The position numbers and the translations under genes were made by a program. The notes beneath the pieces are model-generated. The model ran no database searches, was not told the DNA's origin, and worked only from the letters and a program-made list of their open reading frames with translations. Below, one piece after another: positions 37,802 to 50,200 of a DNA stretch of 64,000 nucleotides (the stretch's first letter is position 1; each line of letters begins with the position of its first letter). The stretch covers positions 43,772,001-43,836,000 of the forward strand of contig NC_087444.1 in the NCBI RefSeq assembly GCF_036321535.1, read 5' to 3'. Source of the stretch: Camelus dromedarius (taxonomy: Eukaryota).

Positions 37802-37987
37802 TTTTTTTTAATTAAAAAAATTTTTTTTTCTTCAATTCTTGAAACCTGTTCTCTCCCTGTTTAGTTAATCTCTTTCCCACTATCAATGTCACAGGTTTCT
37901 TGGCTTCTTCCTCCTGGTTGGGGCCAGCTTCCTCCCATCAAGGGGTACATATCAGTCTCAGCCACACACCTCTCATGCATTACTCAC

Positions 37988-38154
37988 ACTGTAGGTAGAC
38001 GTGGGTGGCCCAGTTGCCCCGCTCATGGGGAAACGTGCGCACCCGGCCCCCATGTTTTGCACTGTCATCCGCCGGCCCCTCCTCGGTGCCCGGGAACATG
38101 AGCAGCACACTGTCGGGTACTGGCAGCCTCTGGCTGGGAACAGGGCTCTGGCCA
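37988..38154 (-). CDS. USB1: USB1 exon 2
   Basis: [55 protein letters not shown]; 167 nt; AG/GT. Confidence 0.97.
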
Positions 38155-39003
38155 CTGCAAGAAAAAAGGAAAAATAAGCACATTTAGCCCCCTGGCATTC
38201 TCTACCTCTACACACAATGCAAGTTGTAACTGCTTGTACAGGGTGACTCTGTGTACAGGGTTTCTCTCCAGGTGCTATAAGCAGCTTATAGGTAACCAAA
38301 AAGCTCTTTCCCATCACTGTTTCATCAGGGTCTCCCAACAACTCCAGAAGGCAGATCTTGGTGCAGAACATGGTCCCCATGGGAAACAACTGGGCAGGTA
38401 GCAACATGTGGTTCAGAGGTCACATATCCTAACTGGACAAGCCTGAGCTGGAGACAAGGCTAGTTCTGTGGTTTTGGGCAAGTCATGTGCCCTCTGTGGG
38501 CCTCAGTTTCCTCATCTGTAAAGTGTATTTCTGATAGGGCTATTGTGAGATGAACCGAGTCACAGCTTGCACTCAGCAAGCACCAGGTCTGGCAATTAGA
38601 AACTGAAGCTCCACAAAGTGGGAGATTTCAATGGTTTTGCTCAGTGCTGAGTCCCCAGTCCCGAGTCTGGAGCAGAGACTGCTCAATGAATATCTACTGC
38701 ATGAATGAAAACACTCTCTAAAGGAGGAAACAGATCTAGGGTGGTCCAGCAGTGCTCGCCAGAAGACAGAGTGAGCCAGTGGAGGAAGCTGGACCCGAAG
38801 CCACGTTTCCTGCTTCCTAACCTTGGAAGAGCCAGGTCGGGGCACTCTGGGACTTTTGTCCAGGGCTGTCCTCTGGATCCTCCTTTCCACCGGTGCCCCT
38901 TTTCCTTACCTCGCGAGCAGCCCCGCACCCTCCCCAACCCATCCCGAAGGTTGGGTCCAGTCCAGGTCTCAAGCGTCCCCAGAAAGACTTCCTAGCTCCT
39001 CAC

Positions 39004-39101
39004 CCATTGCTGCCTTCAGCCCCTTGCCGGGCCAGGATCCCGGCCTCAGCCTCATCCTCGGAGCCGCTGCTGCTGTAGCCCACCAGGGGCGCCGCGCTCA
39101 T
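39004..39101 (-). CDS. USB1: USB1 exon 1 coding part
   Basis: MSAAPLVGYSSSGSEDEAEAGILARQGAEGSN(G); GTGAG donor at 39003; 98 nt; all seven exons join in frame. Confidence 0.97.
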
Positions 39102-40079
39102 GGGGCCCCCTCCACTACAACACGGACGGTCAGCCAGCAATCAGCACCTCACCCGGAATTCCGCTGCGCCGGAAGTGCACTCCCGGGGGCGGGGCCCGGG
39201 TTAGCACCGCCTCGGGGCGGAGTCGGGGGCGGGGCCGGCAGGACGGTAGCAAAGACTCTCCCCAACCAGACCACGCTGTTTGCACCCTCGCTGCGCTTTG
39301 ACCGCTACCTGGAGCCTCCCGGAACACCCATCCTCCGTGTGCCCATTTCACAGATCGCTTTGGGCCCTGACCTCTCTGTCTGCTGCCCTGTCTGCAGCAA
39401 CTCAGGACCTCCCAGCAACAGATGGTCACTGGGTCAGCGGTCAGTGCTCTAGACCCAGCCGAGATCCTTGCCATCGCGGTACGGACGGGGTCAGAGGTCC
39501 CAGGACCCCTTCCTCAAGGCAGCCCTAAGTCCGAGCTCCAGGGACCCCTTCCCCTAAGAGCGAGCTGAGAAGTCAGAAGAGGTTCAGTTCCAGAAGATCA
39601 GGGGGTCTAGGAGGCCCCTCCTCTCAGGCTCAGGGGTCAGACCAGGGGCCGGGCCCTGAGAGCCCCCTCCCTTAAGACCGAGCAGGGTGGTCGGAAGCGG
39701 AGCGCCCTTCCTGGGTCAGCTGAGGCGTGTCCGCTGGGCGACTGGAGAGCTGCCCCGCGCTCCCGGCTGTCCGACCCGGCCCGGCCGCGGGGTCCCCAGC
39801 AGGGGGCGGCCTCGCTCCGCGCGGCCCGCTCCTCCCGCAGCCGCCGCCGCCCCGGCTGCCGCTCCTCCCCCGGCCCCGCCTCCCTGGCCCCCGCGCCGCC
39901 CGCCTGTCCGCCGGTCTCTGCAAGGCCATCGGTCCGTCCGCCCGCCCTCCCATCGCTCCTCCGCCCCGGCCCCGCTATCCCGGCCGCGCACCTCGCTTCC
40001 TCGGTTCCGGCCGCCTCTAGCCTGTCCCCCGCCCCCGGGCCGGCCGCCGCCGCTACGCAAGGCCGGGGATTGGCAGCGC

Positions 40080-40183
40080 GCGTAGGCCGCGCTGCCGCGG
40101 ATGGAGTCGGAATAAAGGGGCGGCTGAGAGAGCAGCCGGTCGCCACTCGCCCCGCGCCTGACCCCGCGGGCGGCCTGGAGCAG
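40080..40183 (+). other. ZNF319: Probable ZNF319 non-coding exon 1 (5' end not determinable)
   Basis: Strong donor CAG|GTGAGC at 40183/40184; matching acceptor ctctcttctctacAG at 42235. Confidence 0.6.
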
Positions 40184-42483
40184 GTGAGCGGCGGAGCGCC
40201 CGGGGCCGCGTCTGGGGGCCACTCCCGCTCCCGCCGCACCCTTTCCTCAGCCAGTCCAGCCCCCCCCCCCCCCCACTCCCTCCAGCCCGACCCGGCGGCC
40301 TCCTGAGCTCCTGGGCGGCCCACGCCGACCTCGACGCGCAGCCGCTTCCCGGGCCCGGCCTGCAGCCCTGGGGCCTTCCTCTAGACCAATCGCCCGTGGG
40401 ACCGGCGCTCGGGCCGCAGTAGCCTGGCCATTCCCGGGAGGGCTGACAGGAGACAGCCCAGCTGGGTCTGCGGGCAGTGCTGGCCGGGAGGTGATCAGCT
40501 TTCATTCTGTTTCTCAAGGAGGAGGAAGGGCTGGGGTGGGGCGCAGGTGGGGGCCTCCCCTTGCCTCCCTTATTACCCTAGTTTCTCATCCTCTTTGCTG
40601 AGTGATCAGAGAGGCCTCCTGGCTGCACCTTCCTGGACAGGAGCCGGGGTGGGCGGCAGAGCTGGGGGCCCAGGGCTGGGGATCCTGGGTCTGGCTGCCA
40701 TTCATGCTGGAAAAAACAGTTGGATTGACACAGCCTGACCTGGACCTCACTCAGAGTAGCCTTGCTTCTCTCTTTCCTGGAGAAGCTTTGGTACCTGCTC
40801 ACTCATGCAACCTGCTGCCTCCACCCGGAGGAGTGGCCCTTTCCTTCTTCCCTTCCCGGAAAGATGCTGAGCATGACAGCTTTTAGCTTGACTCATGTCT
40901 CTTTGCAGAACAGTTAGAGGCCAGGCTGGCCTGTGAAGGCATCCCCTTCCTTCTCTTTTCATCGGGAGAAAACAGAAACTTTTCAAAGTTAGAGGCAGAG
41001 GAGTTGGGAACCTGACAGTGGGTTGCATCTGATTCTAAAAGTTTCTCCCTCTCGCTGTCATTACCTTATGCTGCCACAAAGTGGTGAGTTAGAGATTTGC
41101 CTGGGCTGGGTGGTCTTTACCTTCCACTGATTTCCCAGAATGTTACAGACTTGGAGTAATGGGACAAGATTGTCTCCAGGAAGGTGATGGGGAGGAATGC
41201 TCTGTGATTAGCATGCTGCTTCCACATTGCAGAGGCAAATTAGAAATTGCTTATATTTTCCTGCAGGCCTTAACACCATCAGATTCAGGGGATTCAGGAT
41301 TTTTTTTTTTTTTTTTTTTTTGGTGCTTGGGAAGACGACTAGACTGGGGAAGTTCTCGATGTATACATCAAGGCTGCATAAGTCTGTGGACCTATCATCC
41401 AACCCCTATCAGGCATTAGCTCAGGTCCCTGCAAAGCCTTCCCACCTGTTGTGTGAAGAGAGACCAGACACATGGTCAGGGTGGAGGGCCTGTGGAAGAG
41501 TTGAGAGGGATGTGGGCCAGCCCCTCACAGGAGAAGTTTTCTGAGGTGGTCCTCAGTTCCATGTAGTTGTTTTAAATATTGACTGACTGAAGCTATTTGC
41601 TGTGGGGCCCTCAGATCTGAGAGGTCTGGCCTCTTAGACCCAGCAGTCTGTTCTTATGAGTAGTTGTGTCCTGCATTGAGATTCAGGGCAGCAACAGGTG
41701 AGGAGCTGGCAGGCCTCAGGGAGGCCTCAACCAGAGCCTCTCTACTTTTAGATAAAACCAATATCTTGTGTATTGGGCTTCCAAGCAAGATGTTTTCTGC
41801 AAAAAAAGTTATGTTACTAAAATTCTTGTTTTGGACACTAGGGCCTTCCCTGATCAGTCTTCCCCTTATTTCCTTGGAGCATGAGCAGAACTCGTGACTT
41901 CTTTGTTTTGTGGGCAGATAACCCCAGACTATCACCTGTGAGACAGCCAATTGAAGAGGGTTGGCAGTGAGCTGGGAGGCTGGGATGATAGCCCAGGGAT
42001 GGGGAACTGAAGGTGAGTGGGCATGGAGACAGCCATCATCCTCTTTGCTGAGGGAGCTGAGCTGCCAGCAGACTTCTTTGGTAGTGCGTGATGGGAGCAG
42101 ATCTCCCAGCCCAGAGCCTCTTGCTTCCCTGATGTGGTTTATGTCAATGTGGTGAGTGCAGGCAGATCAGGGAGAGGGCCCCGAGAACAGCTGTGTGCCC
42201 CCACTTCAAGCTCACAATTTCTCTCTTCTCTACAGAACCAATCCTCAGGGAAGGCAGAGCCTCCCTGTCATTGCTGGCACCCTGCCTCGAAGACTCCAGT
42301 CCTGTAGGCAGAGCCTTGTAGTCTGTCTTGGTTAATGACTTGGGCCGCCTGACCAGTCCCTCTGTGCCTTGTCTGAGGTCCTCTTCTGTACCTGATCCCG
42401 GGCAACTTCTCTCTCTGTTGTGGGTCACCTTAAGCGGGAAACTGAAGCCATTACTCTCCAAACCCTGTTTCATCTTTCCAAGC

Positions 42484-44241
42484 ATGTCGGAAAGCTGGCA
42501 GCAGCCGCCACAGACACAGCCGCAGCAGCCGCAGCCACCGCAGCCGCAGCACCACGCAGAACCACCGCCGGCCCTGGCTGAGCACACACTGCCCCCAGGC
42601 ACGGCTGAGAACCCCCTGGGCTGTGCGGTCTATGGCATCCTCCTGCAGCCCGACCCAGGCCTGCAGCCCCCGCAGCACGCGCCGTTGCAGGCAGCAGGAG
42701 AGCCGGGCCCCAAGTGTGGCGTGTGCGGTCACGACCTGGCGCACCTGTCCAGTCCGCACGAGCACCAGTGCCTGGCGGGCCACGACCGCTCGTTCCAGTG
42801 CACGCAGTGTCTCAAAATCTTCCACCAGGCCACCGACCTGCTGGAGCACCAGTGTGTGCAGGCAGAACAGAAGCCTTTTGTCTGTGGCGTCTGCAAGATG
42901 GGCTTCTCGCTGCTCACGTCGCTGGCGCAGCACCACAGCGCACACAGTGGCACTGGCGGCCTCGTGAAATGTTCCATCTGCGAGAAGACCTACAAGCCCG
43001 CCGAGGCGGCAGAGGCCGCGGCCACTGCCGCCCCGTCACTGCCCCCAGCACCCCCNNNNNNNNNNNNNNNNNNNNNNNNNNNNNNNNNNNNNNNNNNNNN
43101 NNNNNNNNNNNNNNNNNNNNNNNNNNNNNNNNNNNNNNNNNNNNNNNNNNNNNNNNNNNNNNNNNNNNNNNNNNNNNNNNNNNNNNNNNNNNNNNNNNNN
43201 NNNNNNNNNNNCCAGTCGTCCCACTTGGTGCATCACAAGCGCACGCACAGCTCAGAGCGGCCGTACAAGTGCGCGGTCTGCGAGAAGACCTTCAAGCACC
43301 GCTCTCACCTGGTGCGCCACATGTACGCGCACTCGGGCGAGCACCACCTGTTCCGCTGCAATGTGTGCGAGCTGCACTTCAAGGAGTCTTCTGAGCTGCT
43401 GCAGCACCCGTGCACGCCGAGCGGGGAGCGGCCCTTCCGCTGCGGCGAGTGCCAGAAGGCCTTCAAGCGGCCGTCGGACCTGCGGCAGCACGAGCGCACG
43501 CACAGCGCCGAGCGGCCCTTCAAGTGCGACCTGTGCCCTATGGGCTTCAAGCAGCAGTACGCGCTGATGCGGCACCGGCGCACGCACAAGACGGAGGAGC
43601 CCTTCAAGTGCGGCCTGTGCGAGAAGGGCTTCGGGCAGCCCAGCCACCTGCTCTACCACCAGCACGTGCACACCCTCGAGACCCTCTTCAAGTGCCCAGT
43701 GTGCCAGAAGGGCTTTGACCAGTCGGCCGAGCTGCTGCGGCACAAGTGCCTGCCGGGCACGGCCGAACGGCCCTTCAAGTGCCCGGTGTGCAACAAGGCC
43801 TACAAGCGGGCATCGGCCCTGCAGAAGCACCAGCTGGCCCACTGCTCGGCCGCAGAGAAGCCTCTGCGCTGCACCCTGTGTGAGCGCCGCTTCTTCTCAT
43901 CCTCCGAGTTCGTGCAGCACCGATGCGACCCGGCCCGCGAAAAGCCGCTTAAGTGCCCGGACTGTGAGAAGCGCTTCAAGTACGCCTCTGACCTGCAGCG
44001 GCACCGGCGGGTGCACACGGGCGAGAAGCCCTATAAGTGCCCCAACTGCGACAAGGCCTTCAAGCAGCGCGAGCATCTCAACAAACACCAGGGCGTGCAC
44101 GCCCGCGAGCAGCAGTTCAAGTGTGTGTGGTGTGGTGAGCGCTTTCTGGACGTGGCCCTGCTGCAGGAGCACAGCGCGCAGCACAGCGCCGCCGCCGCCG
44201 CGGCCGAGGGCGCCTACCAGGTAGCCGCCTGCCTGCCCTGA
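42484..44241 (+). CDS. ZNF319: Zinc finger protein 319, single coding exon (585 codons including a 156-nt in-frame N gap at 43056-43211)
   Basis: MSESWQQPPQTQPQQPQPPQPQHHAEPPPALAEH start; array of C2H2/C2HC fingers; no KRAB; C-terminal AAAAAAEGAYQVAACLP; synteny. Confidence 0.94.
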   Translation: MSESWQQPPQTQPQQPQPPQPQHHAEPPPALAEHTLPPGTAENPLGCAVYGILLQPDPGLQPPQHAPLQAAGEPGPKCGVCGHDLAHLSSPHEHQCLAGHDRSFQCTQCLKIFHQATDLLEHQCVQAEQKPFVCGVCKMGFSLLTSLAQHHSAHSGTGGLVKCSICEKTYKPAEAAEAAATAAPSLPPAPXXXXXXXXXXXXXXXXXXXXXXXXXXXXXXXXXXXXXXXXXXXXXXXXXXXXXQSSHLVHHKRTHSSERPYKCAVCEKTFKHRSHLVRHMYAHSGEHHLFRCNVCELHFKESSELLQHPCTPSGERPFRCGECQKAFKRPSDLRQHERTHSAERPFKCDLCPMGFKQQYALMRHRRTHKTEEPFKCGLCEKGFGQPSHLLYHQHVHTLETLFKCPVCQKGFDQSAELLRHKCLPGTAERPFKCPVCNKAYKRASALQKHQLAHCSAAEKPLRCTLCERRFFSSSEFVQHRCDPAREKPLKCPDCEKRFKYASDLQRHRRVHTGEKPYKCPNCDKAFKQREHLNKHQGVHAREQQFKCVWCGERFLDVALLQEHSAQHSAAAAAAEGAYQVAACLP

Positions 44242-47200
44242 GTCCACGCCGCGGCCCACACCAGGCCCAGCCCGGCCTCCCTGCACCCAGCTCGGTGTTC
44301 TGAGGCCCTGGGAGTGAGGACAAAAGGGCACTGGGCAGGTGGAGGGTGTGGGTGCCTGGCACTCCAGGTCCAGGCCTGGAGGGCGGCTAGCAGAGTGCTG
44401 TGGCTGGTCCTGACCCCACAAACCTCTTTCCCAATACAGGATTCACTTTCTTCAGAGCTGTCAGCCTCCCTTGTCTCTGAGGGTTTGGAACCCGGCTGGA
44501 AGTCACGTGGCCTCTCTCCACCCCAAGAAGGAGGTGGTGCTAGCCCAACCTTCCCACACCTTTCAGCCTAATTAGAAACCAGATAGGCTAGGAAAGAGGA
44601 GGGCCATGGTAGGGAGGGCATGGGAGAGGGCTGGGCTCCAGAGGTGGGCTGGGTATAGGGCTCCCCCTTCAAGTTTGAGGGAGATGGCCAGCTTTGTGAT
44701 ATCATCCTGGGACCAGAAGGGCAGACCGAGAGCCACAGGTCACTCTGTCAGCTTCAGCCAGGTTCTGTAGGTTTCTGACAAGCGAGACGTACAGCAGGGC
44801 TGCACATCTGTAGTTGGGTCTGTTTGGAGAGCAGCTGGCCCAGCCAGAAGGGAGGAGGTAGAGAAGTTCTCCCATGAGACACTCAGCCAGGGACAGTGTC
44901 ATCCCTGGGGAAAGGAGGAAAGGCAGCTTTTACACTGAGGGCGAAACCCACCGTTTTGGAAGCACGGCTCCAAGTTCCGGTGGGGAATGCGCCCTCTGCC
45001 AGTCAGAACTGCTGCTGTGAGAGAAGGGGATTGTTAGACCACCTGGTGCCTGGAAGGAAGCGGGGCCAAGCCCATGGTCTTCCCATGTGAACAAGTGTCA
45101 TTCCTCCTTGAATTGTGAACAAAAGCCTCAAGGCATGGCCATAATCAGCTCACCCTAGCCCGGCTTCAGGGCCAAGACCATGCCTGGGTACCTGGGTACC
45201 TGGGTTGGGGGAGGTGAAAGGGCTGTAGGAATGGCCTCTGACCCTGCAGTGCCCTCTCAGCTCATCAGTCTGGCTGCTGGCCTGGACTCCAGGGGTTTTG
45301 CACTGCCAAGATGCTCTAGACAACATTCAGCTACTTCCGAGGCCAGAGTGTTCCCTCCTGGGTCCTCCTAGGGACCCCCTTGGTCTCTGGCTGCCCAGAG
45401 GGCTCATGGAGACAAGGGTGTCCAGGGCATAGGGCATGGGCAGGGGAAGATGGTTGTAAGGAAGCCAGTAGGTAGATGGCTTGCTGGCCAGGGCTCTCCT
45501 CAGGAACACCAGAGGACCTTCACTATCAGAATGATTATTTTGAACCCAGCTCTGCCCCTGCCCTCTTCCAGCCCCTTTTCCTGGTTGTGGGTCTTGAAAG
45601 GAGATTTTAATCAGTGCACATACCAAGAGCCCAGAGGAGCAGGGAGACCTGCATTGCCCACTCTCACCTTAGGAAGTCTGAAAAGCCCACATTCACCTCC
45701 TCTGTCTGACCCGGTCACTCCATGTGTCCGCAGAAAGGGCCGGTCCTTCCCCTCGGTGCTGGCTTTAGTCACAATGCCTCAAAAGACATGGAACCCAGGC
45801 TGACAACAGTCCCAAATGTTAACTTTTTCCTTTCATTTTGCTTTCTAAAAGCAGTTGTTATACTGTTTATAACATTGTATAGTTTAATTTCATGCCATTT
45901 TGGACTTATGTAAAAATGTGGGAATTTGGATTTTTAAAAAGAATGACTCCATTTTAGATAGCTCCTTTTGATGTTAATATATAGTGAGTCCAATGTATGC
46001 TTTAGAAGTAAAGACATTGACCTTCACAGACCAAAACACTGCTTGTTCCAGTCATCCTTATACAGGGGAATGTTGGGACGTGGAAAGGGAGAGAGGTGTG
46101 CAGGCCAGGGTGTCAGGCTTAGGACTGGGACATAAGGCTGAGTCTGAATCCAGAGTTTTGAACATCCTGGTTGTGAGACTTTGGGCAAATCACTTAGTCT
46201 CTTTGGGACTCAGTTGCCTCATCTATAAATGGGGAGATTAAACCTTTGCCTTGCTTTGTTCTTGTGAGAGTTAAGTGGAGTCACATGTGGAGGCCCTGGT
46301 GGGGAGGGTGACAATGCTGCCAGTACCAACTGCCAGACACTTAGGGCCCTCGAGCTGCAACCTCTTGACCTCCTTGGGATTTAACCACAGCCCCTGTAAA
46401 GGGAGCTGGGCCATGAGGGACCAGCAGCTCATGGGTGGTCAGAAGCCGGGGCCTGGGCCTGGGAAGCATGAACACTTGCTCGGCCCCGGTGGGAAGCCAG
46501 GGCCTGCCTGGGCAGCCTACAAGTGCTGCCCCCGAGGACTGCCCGCTCTCACCTCGTTCCACTTGCCCTGTCACAGGGTGATCCATCTACATGTCCGACC
46601 CAGCCGCCGTCATCTCTGCCTTCCTGCACCCCTCCTCTGTCTCCCGACCCCTGCCCGGCTGTGTGCCAACTGCAATTCAGGCTCCTGTTTCTCAAAGGCA
46701 ACACTGGAGGTGGGGAGAGGAAGGGAGAAACAACCCCCGCTCCAGGCCTGGACATCTGAGAGCCAGTGGAGGGTGGGCAACAGGGATGCTCTGCCCTGAA
46801 GGTGGGGATGGAGGTGAGGGTGGAAGGAGGACAAGGAGCTTCCCATGCCAGAAGGGGCTCAAAACTGGCTGCCGAAGGCTTAGTGGAAAGGCCAGGGGGA
46901 CCCCAGATGTGACCTGGACGTCACGTTCCTTTCCTCCTCTGTGTGTGGCCATGGGAGGACCCTTCCTTTGGGAAGCTGTGTGCTTCCTTCCTGCAGGCAT
47001 CTACCTCTCAGCCAGAGGATGCCCGGGCCCCTTGTGTCTGTGTCAGACTTGAATCGAGGCTTCCTTCCTAGCTGAGTGACCTTAGGCAAAACCCACCCCC
47101 CTCGCAGAGATGCCTGGAAAACACTAGCAGATGTTTGGTGTTTTATAGCTTCAGGGTGCCCTCCTGAATGGATGATGGTCTGTGTGAGCCCAGGGCAGGA

Positions 47201-50200
47201 GGAACCCTGGCTGGGCACAGACCAGCTCACATGGAGTCTGCAGTGACTTTTTCTTCCTTTGTCCCCACCCCTGCCTCCCTTCACAAAGCAATGGGGCTCT
47301 TATGGCTCCCACTTGGGCCCCAGCCGTGGCCCAAATCAGGGCAATGAATGGAGCCCTGGCCTGGGAGCCTGGGTGTTCAGGCTCAAGCCTTAGACCTTTG
47401 ATAACATGTGGTCCCAGGCAGGCTCTTCTCCTCTCAGGGCCTCAATTCTGTCTGAAGCAGAGGTCTTGATCTCTGAGAGTCCTTAGAGATCTGTCGCTCT
47501 GATTCTGGGAAGGTGACAGGATCAACCTGAGCTTCCATTTCCCCTTCCTGCCTCTCCTGGCCTGCAGTCTGCTCCCCACCTGTCTCAGTCTGGTCTCTCT
47601 TGATTGTAAGTGACAGAAACAGCATAAACTGGCTTTAGCAGCTGCCCACTGCACCTGGCCACACACACAGGTAGCTCTCCCACACACCTGTCCAGGAACC
47701 CCACAGCTCCCTGTGTCCTGTATCTGATGCGAGTCTCCTCTCTCAGAGTGTGGAGTTCTCATGGGGGAACTTCAGGCATTATGACCAGGGGTACAAACTA
47801 GTGCTGTCTTCTCTAGCCTCTGGGGAATCATTCCCTATGTCCCAACCACTAACAGGATGGGAGGAGTGTGGTAATTTGGGTGAGGGGTTACATCTGGATG
47901 AGAACCAGAGAAGTGAGAGGGAGAAGCTGGCATAAACTTCACATTTTGGAGGCAGTAATTCGCCTTTTCTGGGGAAAGAGGCACTGCACTGGGGTGGGGG
48001 GTGGGGGGTGAAGAGCATTTTCCCAGGTCGTAGAAGTCATCGTCAGGGCAGGCTGGGCCACCAAAGACAACTTTCCCAGGGAGCCCATCATCCTGTTGGC
48101 TTTGTCAAACCCCCTCTGTGTGGCTTGCTCTGTGCTCGGTCCCTGCAGCAGGACAGTGGGAGGGGACCCTGCTCTCTGGGAGTGGAGCCTGCACTCGTGA
48201 ACCATGGTGGCAGTGGCGTGCTGTTGTGGTTAAGAGCACCGCTGGGCCTGGCCAGAGTCCTACCCCCTCCACTCATCAGCAGCAAAGCTTTGGGAGGGTT
48301 ACTGGATCTCCCTCATTTTCCTCCTCTGTGAAGGGGGCACTGTAATGTTCTTTACTGGGCTTTTGGGTGAGGGCCCAGTGAAATGACCTGTGTGGACTCT
48401 TTGGCACGTAGTGGCCACTCAGGAAAGCAGAGCACTGGGAGGTCAGAGGCAGGAGGGAGCCAGCCTAGCTCTCTGGTCTGAATGTCAGTGTCTCCCCACC
48501 CCTGCTACAGAAGACCTTTCCCATTCACCAGCTGGTTTGAGCCTCATACCGTCTTGATAAGATGGGCAGGGCAGACCTGAGGATCTGCTTTGTGCTGACC
48601 TTTGAGAAGTCCAGGGGCTTCCCAAAGACATACAGTTGGTGATGAGAGTGGCCTGGAATTGGAGGATGGGCTGACCAGGTGGGGGATAGGCAGTGGGGTG
48701 GGACTGCCCAGCCCTCTGAAACTCACAGGCCTCCAGCTCCAGCCACTGGAGCCTGGGACTCTGGCTCCAACGTGCTTTTTGCTGGCCAGGAAGCCAGGAA
48801 CAATGGCCGGGACTGGTGCTGGCACCAGGACTGGCCAGGGGAGCAGGAAAGGTCTTCACCAGCAGGCAGAGGGGGCAGCCAGCTCTCTGGGCAGCTCTCA
48901 AGTCCTTGAGGGATTGGAGCCGCCGTGCTCTGTCTTTCCATCTGTGCAGAGGCAGCTTTGTAGAGAGCCTCAGCCTCCCTAGGCAAGGCTGTCTCCAGTC
49001 CCCCAACCTCAGTCTCTCCTCCAGAGCAGAGCAGGCCCCAGACAGGACCAAGGGCTGCTCAGGCCTTGGAAATTTGCCCAGGGCCTCCCTGTCTGGGCCA
49101 GGCTCGCCTGTGATAAGCTCCCATCCTCAAGCGGATACTTTCTTTGTTCCTTGAAGGTCATGCCTCCAGGAAAAGCTTTGGCCGCTATTGATTTTCATAG
49201 ATCTACAAAGATTCCAGCAGGAATGCCCAGTCCTCCTCAGGGCCCTGAAAAGGAGGTCAAGAGGAGGGGTGGGAGGGTGGGAAGGGGTCTGTGGGGTCTC
49301 TCTCTTCACTGTGTCTGTGTGTCCATCCCCACCTTGGGTCTGCGTCCCTGCTTTTGTTCATCCACCAGTGTTCCTGAGCACCTGCTGTTTGCCAGACACT
49401 GAGCTGGTGCGGCAGGGCTTGAAGCTAAAGCTAGAACTTCAGATGAGAGACTTTTGAGGTTTTCATGTATTAAAAGGTAGGGTCCCAAAGGTCAAGGCTG
49501 CTGATATTTAGTACAGAATAATACTTGCAAGAGTCCTCCCTGACCCTCACGCACCCTCCTTCAGCCGGGACCCTTACTCTGTCCCTGATCCTCCCCATTG
49601 TCAGTTCCCGGCCCAGGGCGAGGGTACGTGTTTCCTGTGTTACTTTGTAATAATTGCAACTATCACTTGTAGTAGTTGTTTCATTTAGTCCAGGTCTGTG
49701 CCTTGGTTCTGGGAATCCACAGGCCCCATTCCTGAGTCCTAGGTCCACTTAGAGAGGCAAGAGGGACTGACAGGTGCAGTTTTTTTCCAAGAGTCTTCTG
49801 TGGGCCACAGGCTATGAGTTAGTCCCCCGAAGCAGCCACAGTTCCTGTCCTCATAGTCTTGGGGAAGAACTGGGGAGAAGGGAGGACTTGAGAGAGGCTA
49901 GCCTAGAAGAAAGAGTGAGATTTGGGTAGGAAGAGATGGAGAAAGAATTTCAGGTGGCAAGAAGCCTTTGAACAAAGTTAGGAGGCAGACAAGAGCCTGG
50001 GGTGTTTGCAACAGCAAGGAGACTGGTGATAGGGTTCAGGTCAGTGCCCAATAGTGGATTAGAGTCAGGTTAGAAAAGCCTGGAGGTGAGGCCATGGAGG
50101 CTGGGCTGTCCCCAAGGCAGTGGCCACAGGGAGGATTTCTAATATGATCTCTCTATGAGAGCAAAGAGCCCCGTGAGGCTGAGGGAACTTGGAGGCCAGG

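Larger units (their letters stand above)
38900..40520. promoter_or_regulatory. Bidirectional CpG-island promoter of USB1 (minus) and ZNF319 (plus)
   Basis: High CpG density; ETS motif CCGGAAGTG at about 39169; multiple GGGGCGGGG; CCAAT-box motifs at about 40068 and 40385. Confidence 0.85.

Noticed and set aside
39081-39094. CTCF-like CCACCAGGGGCGCC in USB1 exon 1
   Set aside because: One G short of the core spacing and explained by coding constraint
39115-39152. GTGAG...GCTGAC...TAG mini-intron in the USB1 5'UTR
   Set aside because: Only 38 nt, below the workable mammalian intron size
39637-40517. Long ORFs on both strands in the USB1/ZNF319 island
   Set aside because: Same GC-rich artefact
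43252-43842. 196-aa antisense ORF and other overlapping ORFs across ZNF319
   Set aside because: Shadow frames caused by GC3-rich codon usage of the real plus-strand CDS; no independent features
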